Assembly (NCBI GenBank): GCA_014860625.1
Contig: JACZJJ010000039.1
Coordinates: forward strand, 871 to 64,870
From: Bacteroidales bacterium
Lineage (GTDB): Bacteria > Bacteroidota > Bacteroidia > Bacteroidales > FEN-979
Reading direction: 5' to 3'
Length of the DNA: 64,000 nt
Positions within the stretch are counted from its first letter, which is position 1; each line of letters begins with the position of its first letter. Below are positions 15,495 through 26,037 of the stretch, piece by piece. The notes under the pieces are model-generated. The model made no database searches. It had not been told where the DNA came from and was given only the letters and a program-made list of their open reading frames with translations. The position numbers and the translations under genes are program-made.

Positions 15495-18400
15495 TTACAG
15501 TGAGTTCAAGTCAACAGGTCGTAGAATTCCGAACCATTTCAAGGTTCGTTCACCAAGCCCTTCGGCTTTCACATGTATCAGGTAGACTCCACCTGCAATT
15601 GGAATTCCGGCAAAATTCTTGAGGTCCCAGTCGATGGAAGTTTTGGCATCGGTATTCAAACCGGCATTAGAGGCTCTTGGAAGACCTATACCGGATTTAT
15701 CAACATTGAATTGCCGTATCATCGTTCCACTGAGGTCATAAATAGTAACCGTACACCTTGTCGGAAGATTGACGATTTTGATTCGGTTATCAAGCTGATT
15801 TCGCTCGTAGTCATCGTATGCATAGTAAGGATTTGGAACCACGTTGATGATATCCAGATCACTCTCCATTTTTGCCATATTGTTCTTGGACGTTGCGATC
15901 GCTTCTGTACTGAAGGAATACATGGGCCATGCTCTGTTTTGCGCTGTATCCACAGCGCTGTCCGCAATTGCTTCGGAATAGTATCGCTGGTAAGGCTTTG
16001 CAACTCTGATAAGAATCGCTACCGGACCGCTGAGCCATGGTTTACCTTGAATTGCCAGTGGCATGTTCACCCACATGGATGAGGCATAAGCCCGGGTTTT
16101 GTAGATATTATCCAGTTTCTTCAGATTCAAGACACTGAACAACTTCTGCCCAGCATCATAAGCCGGAAAGTTCAGGTTTATGGTGTCGAGAGTTAAATCC
16201 CTGTGGGCCATCACGTAAACGTAGTGTTGTCCGCCGAATACCGGGTTAAAGCTCTCATCGTGCATCCTTGACGAAGGATTCCAGATCATGTCGCGACCAT
16301 TATCAGCAACAAGCCAGGAGTTCTCTCCAAACATGATATTCAGTCGTTCGCCGGTTTCCAGATTAATGGCGTAACCAGGGAACCAACCCATGCCATACTC
16401 AGAGATATAACTGGAGTTATACATCGGGTCAGTGCTAACAACTCCGGTATCTCCGTCTACGTTCACCGATTTTCCTTTCCTCAGGTCGAATAACCGTGCA
16501 CGGCCTTCCGAAATGAGAGAGTCGGGGCAAAGCTCAACAACCGGGGATCTTGTCCATAGCGATTTATCGGTAGTGATAATGATATCAACGCTGGCCAGAT
16601 TCTCAAGCCTGTTAAATTTCTTGGAGTTGGAGCTGTATGCGGGGCCTACGGAAAGTTGCTGTGTATAGGCACAAAGAGCGTAGGGTGCCCAGGTTCCTCC
16701 CTGGATTCCTCCAACGAATGGATGAGTTGCACCCATGACCTGGATCTGCTGGAAATTCTTATTCGGATCCCAGGGATCATCGGCTGCCATATCCCAGTCA
16801 TAAAGTGATGAATTGCCACCGGCTTTATAGGTACCAGCCCTGATCCAGTTCACATCGATTCCCGGAGGATTATCCCAGTCAGGCACACCGCCGAGCCATT
16901 TATTGGCCGGATCAGCATAGACTGCAGGTGGTGCGAAGAGGAGTCCGTTATCATCGGTGTGAATAGCGCCAGGAAGTGTATCTCCCGGGTTTGGAATCTG
17001 TGAAATCTCAAGAGCAATCCCAAGATCCAGGAAGAGTTGTTCATACGGATAGATCGTTGTCGTATCGGAAATGTAAGTAATCCCTGTCCTGGTATCTACC
17101 ATTTTCCAAAGGCCGAATCGAATGTTCGGATTGGTAAAGGTGGGATTTGCAGGTCCCGTAACCATCGAGTCAAATGTTACAATATATTCACTGGCAATCA
17201 CATTCAAGGGGTCAACAACCTGAACATTCAACGGTCCGTAACCTGTCATATATTTTGCCTGGTAAGCAATTGGATAGTCCTGGCTACCGTATTTATTGGT
17301 GGCGCTGGCAGGTGGTTTGCTCATAATTTCCTGAACAGAGGAGGGATCCAGAAAGAGGACCTTTCCACCGTTACCCTGACCCTGAATACGGGTAATTGTA
17401 GGACCGTCACCGTATAGGGAGTTTGGTACATCATCGAGAGGAATATGCGGAATTCCCGTATAACTCTTCAGGTTACTCCGGCCAGCCAGGTAGGGCTTTT
17501 TCTGCCCTGCAAGTCCTGTCGGGTCTGTCTGGTTGTAAGGAGCATATTGATTGTAAGCATAGGAAATCGCCATGTAGTAATACTGCTTGTGGTTGATCAG
17601 GGTAAGATCCTGGGTAGCGAATTTGTCTTCGGTCAATTCAAATGAATGAACAACACCAGTATTGGTTCCATCTACCATCACTTCGCCAACGTTTCCATTG
17701 AGGGCCTGATCAAATGTCCAGTTAACCAGTTTGGTAACATCGTTCTTGATATCGCACTGGAAGACAAGACGTGATTTGCTCGGGTCATAAAGATCTGCTG
17801 CACTTACGGTAGCATCTTTTAACTGGAAGACCTGGTATCCCTCAAACCTGTAAAGGGAGTCGTTTCGTTGGTTGTGAGGTAAGGTATCCGGGTTTGGAAT
17901 TTTCGGATCATACTCTACATATCTCTCCTGGTAGTTATTTCCTGCATCATTCACTTTTCTGTTAGTGATGTACATGATCAACTTACCATCCATCTCCTGG
18001 ATGGTAAGGTCAGGAGCATTTGGTCCGTTGAGAACCGCAAAACAGTTGTCAAACAAACTCTGACAAAGGTCGTCAACAACACGCAATTTCTCAACAGCTT
18101 CCCACGGAGTTCCGGAAATCGTACGTGCCCATGGAATACCAACAGTGATGTAGTTACAGGCACCCGGGCCGAGTGTAAATGGTCCTGCTGACTGCATAAA
18201 ACGGCGGTCGCTCGGGTTGTTGCCGGCGGTCTCCTCCGTCCAGTATTTGTCTCCGTTTGGCGGTTGGCCAGCAGTTCCCCAGTCGCAGGGATCCGAATCA
18301 CCCGGAAACATAAAGGTACAAGCCGGGCCAACACCACCTGCACTGGTGTGTGCATTTCCACCGTAGAGCATTGTCGTATTGTCTTTCCAGATCCCGCGGA

Positions 18401-19775
18401 GGAAGAGGTAGTATTCAGGAGCATAATCGGGATCCTGCATGTACCATGGAACCCCTGAAAGGCTGTTATTATGGTATACAAAACGGCGCATTCCATATCG
18501 CTCATTATCGATAATACCATCACCATAGCCAGCATCAGCACCATTGATAGCCATCTGGTCTAAGGGGTATTCGCTTGTCAAAATCGAGCAATCCCCTGTA
18601 AATTTAGGATTATCCCGTTGGTCGGGATCCATGTAAGGGCCTTGGAAAAAGTCAACTCCAACGGCTGGAGGATGAGCTCCATAGGCCTCAATCTGCCCTG
18701 TTCCGTCAATGGGCTTTCCATTGTAACAATATCCCAATCCACGACTCACATCACAACCTACATAGTCGTCCTGGGCGTATCCGAGGTCGGGGTCAACCCA
18801 CTGGCTGAAGTAGGTGCCTGTAAGGGTATAAGTTGATCTGTTGATCACCTCATAGCTATAAAAGGTCATGTCGTTGATTTCATCGTTTGTGGCAAATGAA
18901 AAATACTGCGACCTGATCTCCATCCCAATGGGTTCTCCTTCGGTTTCAGAGTGGTAGTTACCTTTGTCGTTATACACTGCCCATAAGGTCTGGTCGCCTT
19001 TGATTACCTGGTCAACAAGTATACCGAGGGTATCTCCTGCTCCGCCATTTTTCAGTGGTGCCCGTGCAACACGTTCTCCCGGTTTCAGGTTATTCGGACA
19101 AAGTTTGTTTGCCAGATCATAATAAGGATAGTCTCCCTCTGCTGGATCGTAGGTTCCGTCTCCGCCCTGATCAAAAAAGGGTGCCAGGTAGTAAGCTTGT
19201 CCGGCAGCGCGGTCGCCATGAGCCGGCCAATCCATAATCGATGGGGGGATCTGGTAGTCCGGATAGTTATCCTTGTTATCCCACCAGGCCAGAAACTCCT
19301 GAACCTCGGCACGGGTTATTGGATAAAGCTTGTCGTACTTGGCGCAAACGTCCGCTTCAATAGCGGCTGATCCGTCGATGGTAAGAGGACCAGGCCAGAA
19401 GTCATTCTTGGTATGTGCCGAAGCGCCGCTGGCACCTTGTCCGTAACGGTATGCTGCAAGCTTCAGGTTGTTGTTGATATCAATCCCGCCAATCCAGAGG
19501 GAGAAGGAGAACATCGACATCTTTCTTGACCCTTTGGGGATCTCATACTCTGCATTCTCCAGGAACCATCCGTTTCCGAACGAGTAGATGATCGCCCTCA
19601 CATTGTTGAGGTCAAGGTATTTATAAGCTGAGCCAGCATCGCAACTTGCGGCTGTTTCCTTGATCGTAACTGTACTCTTTGTGCCATTCCTGACTTTTTC
19701 CTTCGAAAACGCCGAAGGTTGAAGCACAATCAGGCAAAAGAGCGAGACGAATAAGAAACGAAGTATATTTTTCAT
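15495..19775 (-). CDS. Very large secreted protein (1426 aa) with a T9SS C-terminal sorting domain; function unknown
   Basis: Signal peptide MKNILRFLFVSLFCLIVLQPSAFS. The last ~100 aa (NVVPNPYYAYDD...IKIVNLPTRCTVTIYDLSGTMIRQF...GGVYLIHVKAEG...KWFGILR) look like a T9SS type-A CTD. I recognise no catalytic motif. Confidence 0.6.
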   Translation of the reverse strand: MKNILRFLFVSLFCLIVLQPSAFSKEKVRNGTKSTVTIKETAASCDAGSAYKYLDLNNVRAIIYSFGNGWFLENAEYEIPKGSRKMSMFSFSLWIGGIDINNNLKLAAYRYGQGASGASAHTKNDFWPGPLTIDGSAAIEADVCAKYDKLYPITRAEVQEFLAWWDNKDNYPDYQIPPSIMDWPAHGDRAAGQAYYLAPFFDQGGDGTYDPAEGDYPYYDLANKLCPNNLKPGERVARAPLKNGGAGDTLGILVDQVIKGDQTLWAVYNDKGNYHSETEGEPIGMEIRSQYFSFATNDEINDMTFYSYEVINRSTYTLTGTYFSQWVDPDLGYAQDDYVGCDVSRGLGYCYNGKPIDGTGQIEAYGAHPPAVGVDFFQGPYMDPDQRDNPKFTGDCSILTSEYPLDQMAINGADAGYGDGIIDNERYGMRRFVYHNNSLSGVPWYMQDPDYAPEYYLFLRGIWKDNTTMLYGGNAHTSAGGVGPACTFMFPGDSDPCDWGTAGQPPNGDKYWTEETAGNNPSDRRFMQSAGPFTLGPGACNYITVGIPWARTISGTPWEAVEKLRVVDDLCQSLFDNCFAVLNGPNAPDLTIQEMDGKLIMYITNRKVNDAGNNYQERYVEYDPKIPNPDTLPHNQRNDSLYRFEGYQVFQLKDATVSAADLYDPSKSRLVFQCDIKNDVTKLVNWTFDQALNGNVGEVMVDGTNTGVVHSFELTEDKFATQDLTLINHKQYYYMAISYAYNQYAPYNQTDPTGLAGQKKPYLAGRSNLKSYTGIPHIPLDDVPNSLYGDGPTITRIQGQGNGGKVLFLDPSSVQEIMSKPPASATNKYGSQDYPIAYQAKYMTGYGPLNVQVVDPLNVIASEYIVTFDSMVTGPANPTFTNPNIRFGLWKMVDTRTGITYISDTTTIYPYEQLFLDLGIALEISQIPNPGDTLPGAIHTDDNGLLFAPPAVYADPANKWLGGVPDWDNPPGIDVNWIRAGTYKAGGNSSLYDWDMAADDPWDPNKNFQQIQVMGATHPFVGGIQGGTWAPYALCAYTQQLSVGPAYSSNSKKFNRLENLASVDIIITTDKSLWTRSPVVELCPDSLISEGRARLFDLRKGKSVNVDGDTGVVSTDPMYNSSYISEYGMGWFPGYAINLETGERLNIMFGENSWLVADNGRDMIWNPSSRMHDESFNPVFGGQHYVYVMAHRDLTLDTINLNFPAYDAGQKLFSVLNLKKLDNIYKTRAYASSMWVNMPLAIQGKPWLSGPVAILIRVAKPYQRYYSEAIADSAVDTAQNRAWPMYSFSTEAIATSKNNMAKMESDLDIINVVPNPYYAYDDYERNQLDNRIKIVNLPTRCTVTIYDLSGTMIRQFNVDKSGIGLPRASNAGLNTDAKTSIDWDLKNFAGIPIAGGVYLIHVKAEGLGERTLKWFGILRPVDLNSL

Positions 19776-19839
19776 AGTGCTGATATTTTTGAATATACTG
19801 ATACAATTTGTGTTCACCATATGATGTATCCTCCCTTGA

Positions 19840-22800
19840 TTAGAAATTAAACATTAAACCTAACCTGATCTGGCGGGGGGAACTAAAGTTATATGGATTG
19901 GCGATCCATACGGAATAGAGATCCCGGTACGATTGCGAGCTAACCTGCTGGTTAATCTGGTTCTGATATTCAGGAGCCGATAGATACCCGTCATCCGTAG
20001 CACTTCCAGTGGCCGGATATACATTGGTAACGTTCTGGGTATTCAAGAGGTTAAGAATATCAAGATATACGTTGATGGTGCCACCACGCTTGTTTTTTCC
20101 CATTGCAAACAAGAAGTCCTTGTCAATACGCATGTTGATCACGAACTGCCATGGCAGTCGGGCGCCGTTAATTGATCCTTTGATCGGACCCATCCCACCG
20201 TATGGCATAATCTTGCTCGATTTGGTGTAAGGTGTTCCGGATCCACCGGTGACAGTAAAGTTGGCACCAAAATTTGAAAGAAGCTGTACAGGTGCTTTGC
20301 CACTCTTTTTACGATGAATAACCGGTCCGTTATAATCTTTTCCAACACCCCAGCGGTAGTCGATACTGATGTTAAACTGGTGACGACGGTCGAAACTCAG
20401 AGGGTTAAGTGTTCTGAGGTTCGGTTGTTCCGACCTTACAATAGCAGAGGCTGCATTGGGGTCCGACCCGGTTCCGTCAGCAAACTGGAGGGTATAGTTG
20501 AATCGAACCCGCGCATTGCTGGTTCGGCGAAGGTCGTATGTAAGTGTAAGACCTTTTACCGTTCCGAAGTCGATATTGGTATATGAATAATATGTTCTGG
20601 GATAAGCACCCGTGAGACGGTACTGCTGAATTTCATCACGCATTTCGCGGTAGAAAACAGCCAGCTTCAGAGAAGAAGCGTTGTTGATCTTCTGCTGGAA
20701 TCCCAATTCATAATCGATGGTTTTTGAAGGCTGCAGAGCCGGGTTATTCAGTGTTCCGCCTGCCGAAGTCCGAATAAAATAGTAAGATATCGGGTCAATG
20801 ATGTTTCCGCCGGTGGGACGCTGAGTTAAGATATCGTAGTGAGCATAAAACAATGCATCATCAGAGATGGGGAACGAGAATGAAATACGTGGCATGAAAT
20901 TGGTCTGCGGTTCATAATCCTGGAAGACATCCGCCTGGATCGTGTTGACACCAGGATCAACCAGGAATGGGGAGATCCCGTTTCCACGGTCAAGAATCTT
21001 CGGGTCGGTAATGACCGTACCTTCTGCATTGTACCAATCGCTACCCAAACGATATCCGGTAATTTCAGTAGGGCTGTTTACATTGTCAACATACACCACA
21101 TAGTCGTTTCCGATATTGTTTGGATGACTTACAATCTGTCCGTTCAGTTCACCCACCTCTCCGGCCGTTTTTGCCTGATAGAATAGGTATGGGTCTTTTA
21201 ACACCGGCTGGTTGGCGTCAAACCTGTCAACACGTAACCCAATATTAAAGATCAGGTCTTTAAAGGCGAACTTATCCTGAATATATCCTGCAATGTAAAT
21301 TGGTTCATAGGCTCCGATCGGACGGGTATAGTTTCCTTCCTCATCTTTTGCGGTAAAGAAATCTTCCCATGCAGGTTTTGTAGAGAGTTTATTCCCCATA
21401 TAGTCATATCCGCGATAACCCACTTTTGAATCCCCGTTATCAAGCAACTCATCGGCATTGAACATGTCGATGGAGAAAATCTGATCGGTAACGGAAATCG
21501 TGTGGAGTTGCTGATCGGCATCGTAGTAGTTAATGGAGTTTGAATTGTAGTCAAAGGAGTTGATATCGATAAAGTCCACTCCGTTAACCGGGAGGCCAAG
21601 TTTCTTTCTCAGGTTAACGTCGAAGTTCCTCTGAAGCTGAGATACATACTGACGGTAATAGTAAATGGTGTCCATGAAGACATTATCCTGGTATACCAGA
21701 TGAGGATTGGCAAGGTCAAGTTCTGCAAGCTGTGCATTGGTCAACCCGTTCATCAGGGTCCAAAGTGAGGTTGCATTGTACCCATAGAAAGATGAACTCC
21801 TCTGCTGATACTGCAATCCGAGTTGAATTTCATGATTGCCAAAGTCGGCTGCAAAGGAAGCGTTAATGGAGAGCTGGTCGGAAGTCCCGATGTTGAATCC
21901 GTTTGTCCTGTTCCCCGGACTCTGCCACATGCCATAAATACCATCGGGTTCCATCCCATTGATCAGACCTTTGCCTGAGATGATCTCGTCAGTGTTTCTG
22001 TAGTGCCCGTCAGGATCGTTTGCAAAAAGATTGTAATACTGGGATGTCCATGCCGCAGGTTCAGCATTGATGCTATATGGCGTATATAATACAATGGTGT
22101 CGCGGAAGCCATTTTGCAGGTACGCATACTTCCCTGAAACCGAGTCGTACTCCAGTTGCGGAGTATATGCACGAATGGTATTGGTCTCAAACCTCCCGAT
22201 GTATCCGTATTTGAAAATATCTTCTTTATGCTCGGCATCTTCTGTTTTGTCGTAAGTACGGGTATAATCAGCACCAATACTGTAATAGATGTTGTCAACA
22301 AAGACTTTTTCCTTCTCCGGGTTGCGGAAACGCTGTGTAAAACGTCCGTTCACACGCCAGACATACCCCGTGGAGTGGCTATTGTTGGCATAATTAAGGA
22401 GTGACCCTCCGTAGCTGAAGTTATTCCTGTCATACATCTGGAAGGTTCCACCAAATGACATGTTAATTGTAGGTGAAAGACGGAAGTCGAGTTTGCCTGA
22501 CACGAGCACTTCATATCGGGATGTGTTCAAGGTGGCTCTGGTCTTCTCGAGATCGTCCATGGTCAGAAACTCCCCGTTGAAAAGCACACCTTCACCGGTA
22601 TTGTTCAACCGGAGCGGGGTGGTTGAGAGGAGGTTGATCACGTCATCATTTGCCTTGTACAATCCCGTTGTGCTGGGGGCTCCATCTTTGCGGTAAGTAA
22701 AGTCACCGGCGATAAAGTAACCCATGATTGGGATCTTGGTTTTAGCAACAGTGTCTTTCTTGGAAAAAAGTGGTCCGGTTAGGTTCAGTCCCACACGGTT

Positions 22801-23550
22801 GTAACCGAATGGATCCAGGAACTGCGATGTCTGGAGATCGATCCCTGCTGAAAAATCGCGGGAAGGGCCCCTGGTTGTTACGCTGATAATACCTCCGGCT
22901 GCGTCACCATATGATGCTGGTGTACCTCCAAGGATAACCTCTACCTGCTCGATGGCAGACTGTGGCAGAGAAGCGCTTCCGACAACGCGCATCCCGTCAA
23001 TGTAGTAAACCTCTGTATTGGAACGGGCACCACGGATGGAGGAAATCCCTCCACTGGCATTGGTTGTAACACCACCCACGGTGGTGGCAACAGCCGAAGC
23101 CGATTTGTTGGCCATTTTGGAGATCTCCTCCTGGGTGACCGTACCACCGGAAACCGTTTGGTCTTTCGAGATCAGGGGGACTTTGTAGTCTACAATTTCT
23201 ACCTCTGAAAGAGTGGTTGTTGAAGTCTCCAGATCGACATCCTGGAATGTGATCTTATCGACAAAAATGATAACCCCTTGCATAAAATAGTCACGATAAC
23301 CGACATAGGTTGCTTTGAGGTCAACTTTACCTGCAGGGACAGGTTTGATCTGATAATTTCCATCGAAGTCCGATGTTGTACCACCAATCTGAACACCACC
23401 TGTTTCAACCACAATATTGGCAAAAGGGATCGGCTCTTTCGTCTGCCTGTCGATGATTTTCCCCTTGAGGGTACCGGATCCGGATTGTGAGAATACCAAC
23501 ACACTTGATGTCAGTACAATTCCAATAACAAATAGTAAATTTCTTAACAT
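19840..23550 (-). CDS. TonB-dependent-receptor-like outer-membrane protein with a CarboxypepD_reg domain and plug
   Basis: Signal peptide, GTLKGKIIDRQTKEPIPFANIVVE (CarboxypepD_reg), and a plug-like IRGARSNTEVYYIDGMRV...IEQVEVILGGTPASYGDAAGGIISVTTRG. A long beta-rich barrel ends in ...RLGLMFNF. ATG at 23550. Confidence 0.75.
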   Translation of the reverse strand: MLRNLLFVIGIVLTSSVLVFSQSGSGTLKGKIIDRQTKEPIPFANIVVETGGVQIGGTTSDFDGNYQIKPVPAGKVDLKATYVGYRDYFMQGVIIFVDKITFQDVDLETSTTTLSEVEIVDYKVPLISKDQTVSGGTVTQEEISKMANKSASAVATTVGGVTTNASGGISSIRGARSNTEVYYIDGMRVVGSASLPQSAIEQVEVILGGTPASYGDAAGGIISVTTRGPSRDFSAGIDLQTSQFLDPFGYNRVGLNLTGPLFSKKDTVAKTKIPIMGYFIAGDFTYRKDGAPSTTGLYKANDDVINLLSTTPLRLNNTGEGVLFNGEFLTMDDLEKTRATLNTSRYEVLVSGKLDFRLSPTINMSFGGTFQMYDRNNFSYGGSLLNYANNSHSTGYVWRVNGRFTQRFRNPEKEKVFVDNIYYSIGADYTRTYDKTEDAEHKEDIFKYGYIGRFETNTIRAYTPQLEYDSVSGKYAYLQNGFRDTIVLYTPYSINAEPAAWTSQYYNLFANDPDGHYRNTDEIISGKGLINGMEPDGIYGMWQSPGNRTNGFNIGTSDQLSINASFAADFGNHEIQLGLQYQQRSSSFYGYNATSLWTLMNGLTNAQLAELDLANPHLVYQDNVFMDTIYYYRQYVSQLQRNFDVNLRKKLGLPVNGVDFIDINSFDYNSNSINYYDADQQLHTISVTDQIFSIDMFNADELLDNGDSKVGYRGYDYMGNKLSTKPAWEDFFTAKDEEGNYTRPIGAYEPIYIAGYIQDKFAFKDLIFNIGLRVDRFDANQPVLKDPYLFYQAKTAGEVGELNGQIVSHPNNIGNDYVVYVDNVNSPTEITGYRLGSDWYNAEGTVITDPKILDRGNGISPFLVDPGVNTIQADVFQDYEPQTNFMPRISFSFPISDDALFYAHYDILTQRPTGGNIIDPISYYFIRTSAGGTLNNPALQPSKTIDYELGFQQKINNASSLKLAVFYREMRDEIQQYRLTGAYPRTYYSYTNIDFGTVKGLTLTYDLRRTSNARVRFNYTLQFADGTGSDPNAASAIVRSEQPNLRTLNPLSFDRRHQFNISIDYRWGVGKDYNGPVIHRKKSGKAPVQLLSNFGANFTVTGGSGTPYTKSSKIMPYGGMGPIKGSINGARLPWQFVINMRIDKDFLFAMGKNKRGGTINVYLDILNLLNTQNVTNVYPATGSATDDGYLSAPEYQNQINQQVSSQSYRDLYSVWIANPYNFSSPRQIRLGLMFNF

Positions 23551-23622
23551 ACCATATAATTTTATGTTAGAACACTGTGCTTTTAAAAGGTGGTAAAGAT
23601 AATAATATTTTAATCTATGATA

Positions 23623-23630
23623 CAAAATTA
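23623..23630 (-). promoter_or_regulatory. -7 box (TAATTTTG on the minus strand) upstream of the TonB-receptor-like gene
   Basis: Plus-strand caaaatta, 73 nt upstream of the ATG at 23550. Confidence 0.35.
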
Positions 23631-23747
23631 TTTAATGCCAGCAAGGAAATCAAGACCCAATCCAAATAACGGAGTCCTAATATACCAGCATGAAAAAATA
23701 GCTGTCAAACGATACCATTTTATGGACGAAAATATGGTGGGATTTTG

Positions 23748-23999
23748 TCACTTTCTTCCAGGTGTGACCTTTTTTGACTTCCGGCGGGTATCTTTCATCA
23801 TGCTTCGGGTCCGTTTCGACTGACTCTTATGATGCCGTTTCAGGTCCATCTCATAGGATTTTCTGGCTTGATTCTCATTGTGCCTTCGTTCACGGTCTAT
23901 CTTTTTCTGGCGAACGGCCGATTCGGGAAAACAGGATGTGAGTGTGACCGGAACAAGAAAGACAAGACAAAGAAATGCAAGGATAAGAAGTCGTTTCAT
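23748..23999 (-). CDS. Small, extremely basic lipoprotein (83 aa), hypothetical
   Basis: MKRLLILAFLCLVFLVPVTLTSC lipobox, followed by a K/R-rich tail (RQKKIDRERRHNENQARK...RRKSKKVTPGRK). It is on the same strand as, and upstream of, the T9SS-associated trio. Confidence 0.45.
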   Translation of the reverse strand: MKRLLILAFLCLVFLVPVTLTSCFPESAVRQKKIDRERRHNENQARKSYEMDLKRHHKSQSKRTRSMMKDTRRKSKKVTPGRK

Positions 24000-24084
24000 A
24001 AAAACCAGATTAATGGGAGCAATGTACAATTAATCCTGAACCTGTTCGTTACTCTAACGCTTCAAATCCTGAAATATTTTACCT

Positions 24085-24510
24085 ATGAATATCCGTTTCC
24101 CCTGGTTGATCCTCCTGCCATTGTTGATTTTTACTTCCTGTAAGAAGGAGAATCCCCAGCCGGTAATTCCGGAAGTCTACGTGAATTTCACCATCAACCC
24201 CAACTCTACCGAATACCTTGAACTGAATGCTCCTGGCGGATGGGTTACCGTGACCGGAGGGTACCGCGGTATCCTGCTTTACCGGCTCACTGTAAATGAA
24301 TTCCTTGCATTTGAAAGGACCTGTCCGTGGGATCCATGGGAAGATGGTGCTCGCATAGAAGTTGAAGAATCGCAAGTTACTGCCATGTGCCCGGTATGTG
24401 GCTCAAAATATATCCTGCTAGACGGCTCTCCCTTTGAAGGTCCTTCCACCTACCTGCTGAAGCAGTACCGTACGACATACGACGGAAGTTTGTTGTTTGT
24501 CTATAATTGA
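24085..24510 (+). CDS. Lipoprotein with a degenerate Rieske-like motif pair
   Basis: Lipobox LLIFTSC. CPWDP ... CPVCGSKY resemble the Rieske boxes CPHxG / CPxHGSxF, but the His ligands are replaced. Confidence 0.45.
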   Translation: MNIRFPWLILLPLLIFTSCKKENPQPVIPEVYVNFTINPNSTEYLELNAPGGWVTVTGGYRGILLYRLTVNEFLAFERTCPWDPWEDGARIEVEESQVTAMCPVCGSKYILLDGSPFEGPSTYLLKQYRTTYDGSLLFVYN

Positions 24511-24592
24511 GGTTAGACAGGTTGGACAGGTTGGACAGGTTAGACAGGTTGGACAGGTTTGCCAACTGCCAACTGCAGACTGGGAACTGACT
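24511..24592. repeat. Phased array that switches period: 5.5 x 9 nt, then 4 x 7 nt
   Basis: ggttagaca ggttggaca ggttggaca ggttagaca ggttggaca ggtttgcca | actgcca actgcag actggga actgact. It fills the entire convergent spacer from the TGA at 24508-24510 to the ahcY stop at 24591-24593. Confidence 0.9.
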
Positions 24593-26012
24593 AGTACCTG
24601 TAGTGCTCGGGCTTGTAAGGGCCGTCAACCGGGATGCGGATATACTCAGACTGTTCAGGAGTGAGAACCGTCAGTTTCACGCCCAGTTGCTCAAGATGCA
24701 GACGGGCTACCTCTTCATCCAGTTTTTTCGAAAGACGGTAAACGTCAACTTCGTAATCATGCTCCCAGAGGTCGAGTTGAGCGAGAGTTTGGTTTGAGAA
24801 TGAGTTGCTCATGACAAACGACGGGTGGCCGGTGGCACAACCGAGGTTCACCAGGCGACCTTCGGCGAGCATGTAAATGGACTTCCCATCAGGATACGTA
24901 TATTTATCTACCTGTGGTTTGATGTTCAGTTTTTTGATTCCGGGCCATGCGTTGAGCTGGTCAACCTGGATCTCATTGTCGAAATGGCCAATGTTGCAAA
25001 CAATGGCTTCATCTTTCATCTTCGACATATGCTCAGCAGTCAAAACATCTTTGTTGCCGGTAGTAGTTACCCAGATATTTCCTTCGGCAAGGGCATCTTC
25101 TACCGTTGTCACCTCGAAGCCTTCCATCGCTGCCTGCAGGGCACAGATGGGATCAATCTCCGTTACCAATACGCGGGCGCCATAGGATTTCATCGATTTG
25201 GCACATCCCTTCCCTACATCGCCGTATCCCAGCACAACAACCACTTTACCGGCAATCATCACATCGGTTGCGCGCTTGATGCCATCAGCCAGTGACTCGC
25301 GGCATCCGTAGAGGTTGTCGAACTTCGATTTGGTGACCGAATCGTTCACGTTGATAGCGGGAACAAGCAGTGAACCGCTTTCTTTCATCTGATAAAGGCG
25401 GTGTACGCCTGTTGTCGTCTCTTCCGAAACGCCTTTCCAATCCTTCACTGTTCGGTGCCAGTGTTGGTTGTCTTCTACAAATACCTCACGCAAGACTTTC
25501 ATCATGGCACGTTCATCAGCCGTTGGGAGTTCTTTTTTCAACAACTCGGGATTTTTCTCAATTTCAAATCCTTTGTGGATCATCAGAGTTGCATCGCCGC
25601 CGTCATCAACGATCAGGTTTGGCCCGAGGCCTCCAGGGAATACAAGAGCCTGATTGGTACACCACCAATATTCGTCGAGGGTCTCGCCTTTCCATGCAAA
25701 CACCGGAATCCCTTTAACAGCAATGGCCGCAGCAGCATGGTCCTGAGTAGAGAAGATATTGCAACTCGCCCAGCGCACATCAGCACCCAGCTCAATCAAC
25801 GTTTCGATCAACACGGCAGTTTGGATGGTCATGTGGAGTGAACCTGTTATCCGGGCCCCTTTAAGTGGCTTCTCATCAGCGTATTTCCTTCTGATGGACA
25901 TGAGTCCGGGCATCTCTTTTTCGGCGATGTCAATCTCTTTTCGACCCCAGTCGGCAAGTGACAGGTCGGCAACTTTGAATTTTAAATCTTTGTCAAGCGC
26001 TATATTTTCCAT
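24591..26012 (-). CDS. ahcY: Adenosylhomocysteinase
   Basis: 473 aa. [26 protein letters not shown] and the NAD-binding [10 protein letters not shown] give full-length similarity to the SAH hydrolase pattern. Confidence 0.95.
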   Translation of the reverse strand: MENIALDKDLKFKVADLSLADWGRKEIDIAEKEMPGLMSIRRKYADEKPLKGARITGSLHMTIQTAVLIETLIELGADVRWASCNIFSTQDHAAAAIAVKGIPVFAWKGETLDEYWWCTNQALVFPGGLGPNLIVDDGGDATLMIHKGFEIEKNPELLKKELPTADERAMMKVLREVFVEDNQHWHRTVKDWKGVSEETTTGVHRLYQMKESGSLLVPAINVNDSVTKSKFDNLYGCRESLADGIKRATDVMIAGKVVVVLGYGDVGKGCAKSMKSYGARVLVTEIDPICALQAAMEGFEVTTVEDALAEGNIWVTTTGNKDVLTAEHMSKMKDEAIVCNIGHFDNEIQVDQLNAWPGIKKLNIKPQVDKYTYPDGKSIYMLAEGRLVNLGCATGHPSFVMSNSFSNQTLAQLDLWEHDYEVDVYRLSKKLDEEVARLHLEQLGVKLTVLTPEQSEYIRIPVDGPYKPEHYRY

Positions 26013-26037
26013 TACATTCGTTTATAAAAATGAGCCG

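Noticed and set aside
15495-19775. The 1426-aa gene could be PorU, because it sits directly upstream of a PorV-like gene as porU-porV does.
   Set aside because: I could not find the gingipain/C25-type peptidase region expected for PorU. The N-terminal region looks unrelated. I left it as unknown T9SS cargo, pending an HMM search.
19840-23550. A canonical SusC/SusD polysaccharide utilisation locus.
   Set aside because: No SusD-like lipoprotein follows the receptor, and no glycoside hydrolases or a hybrid two-component regulator are adjacent.
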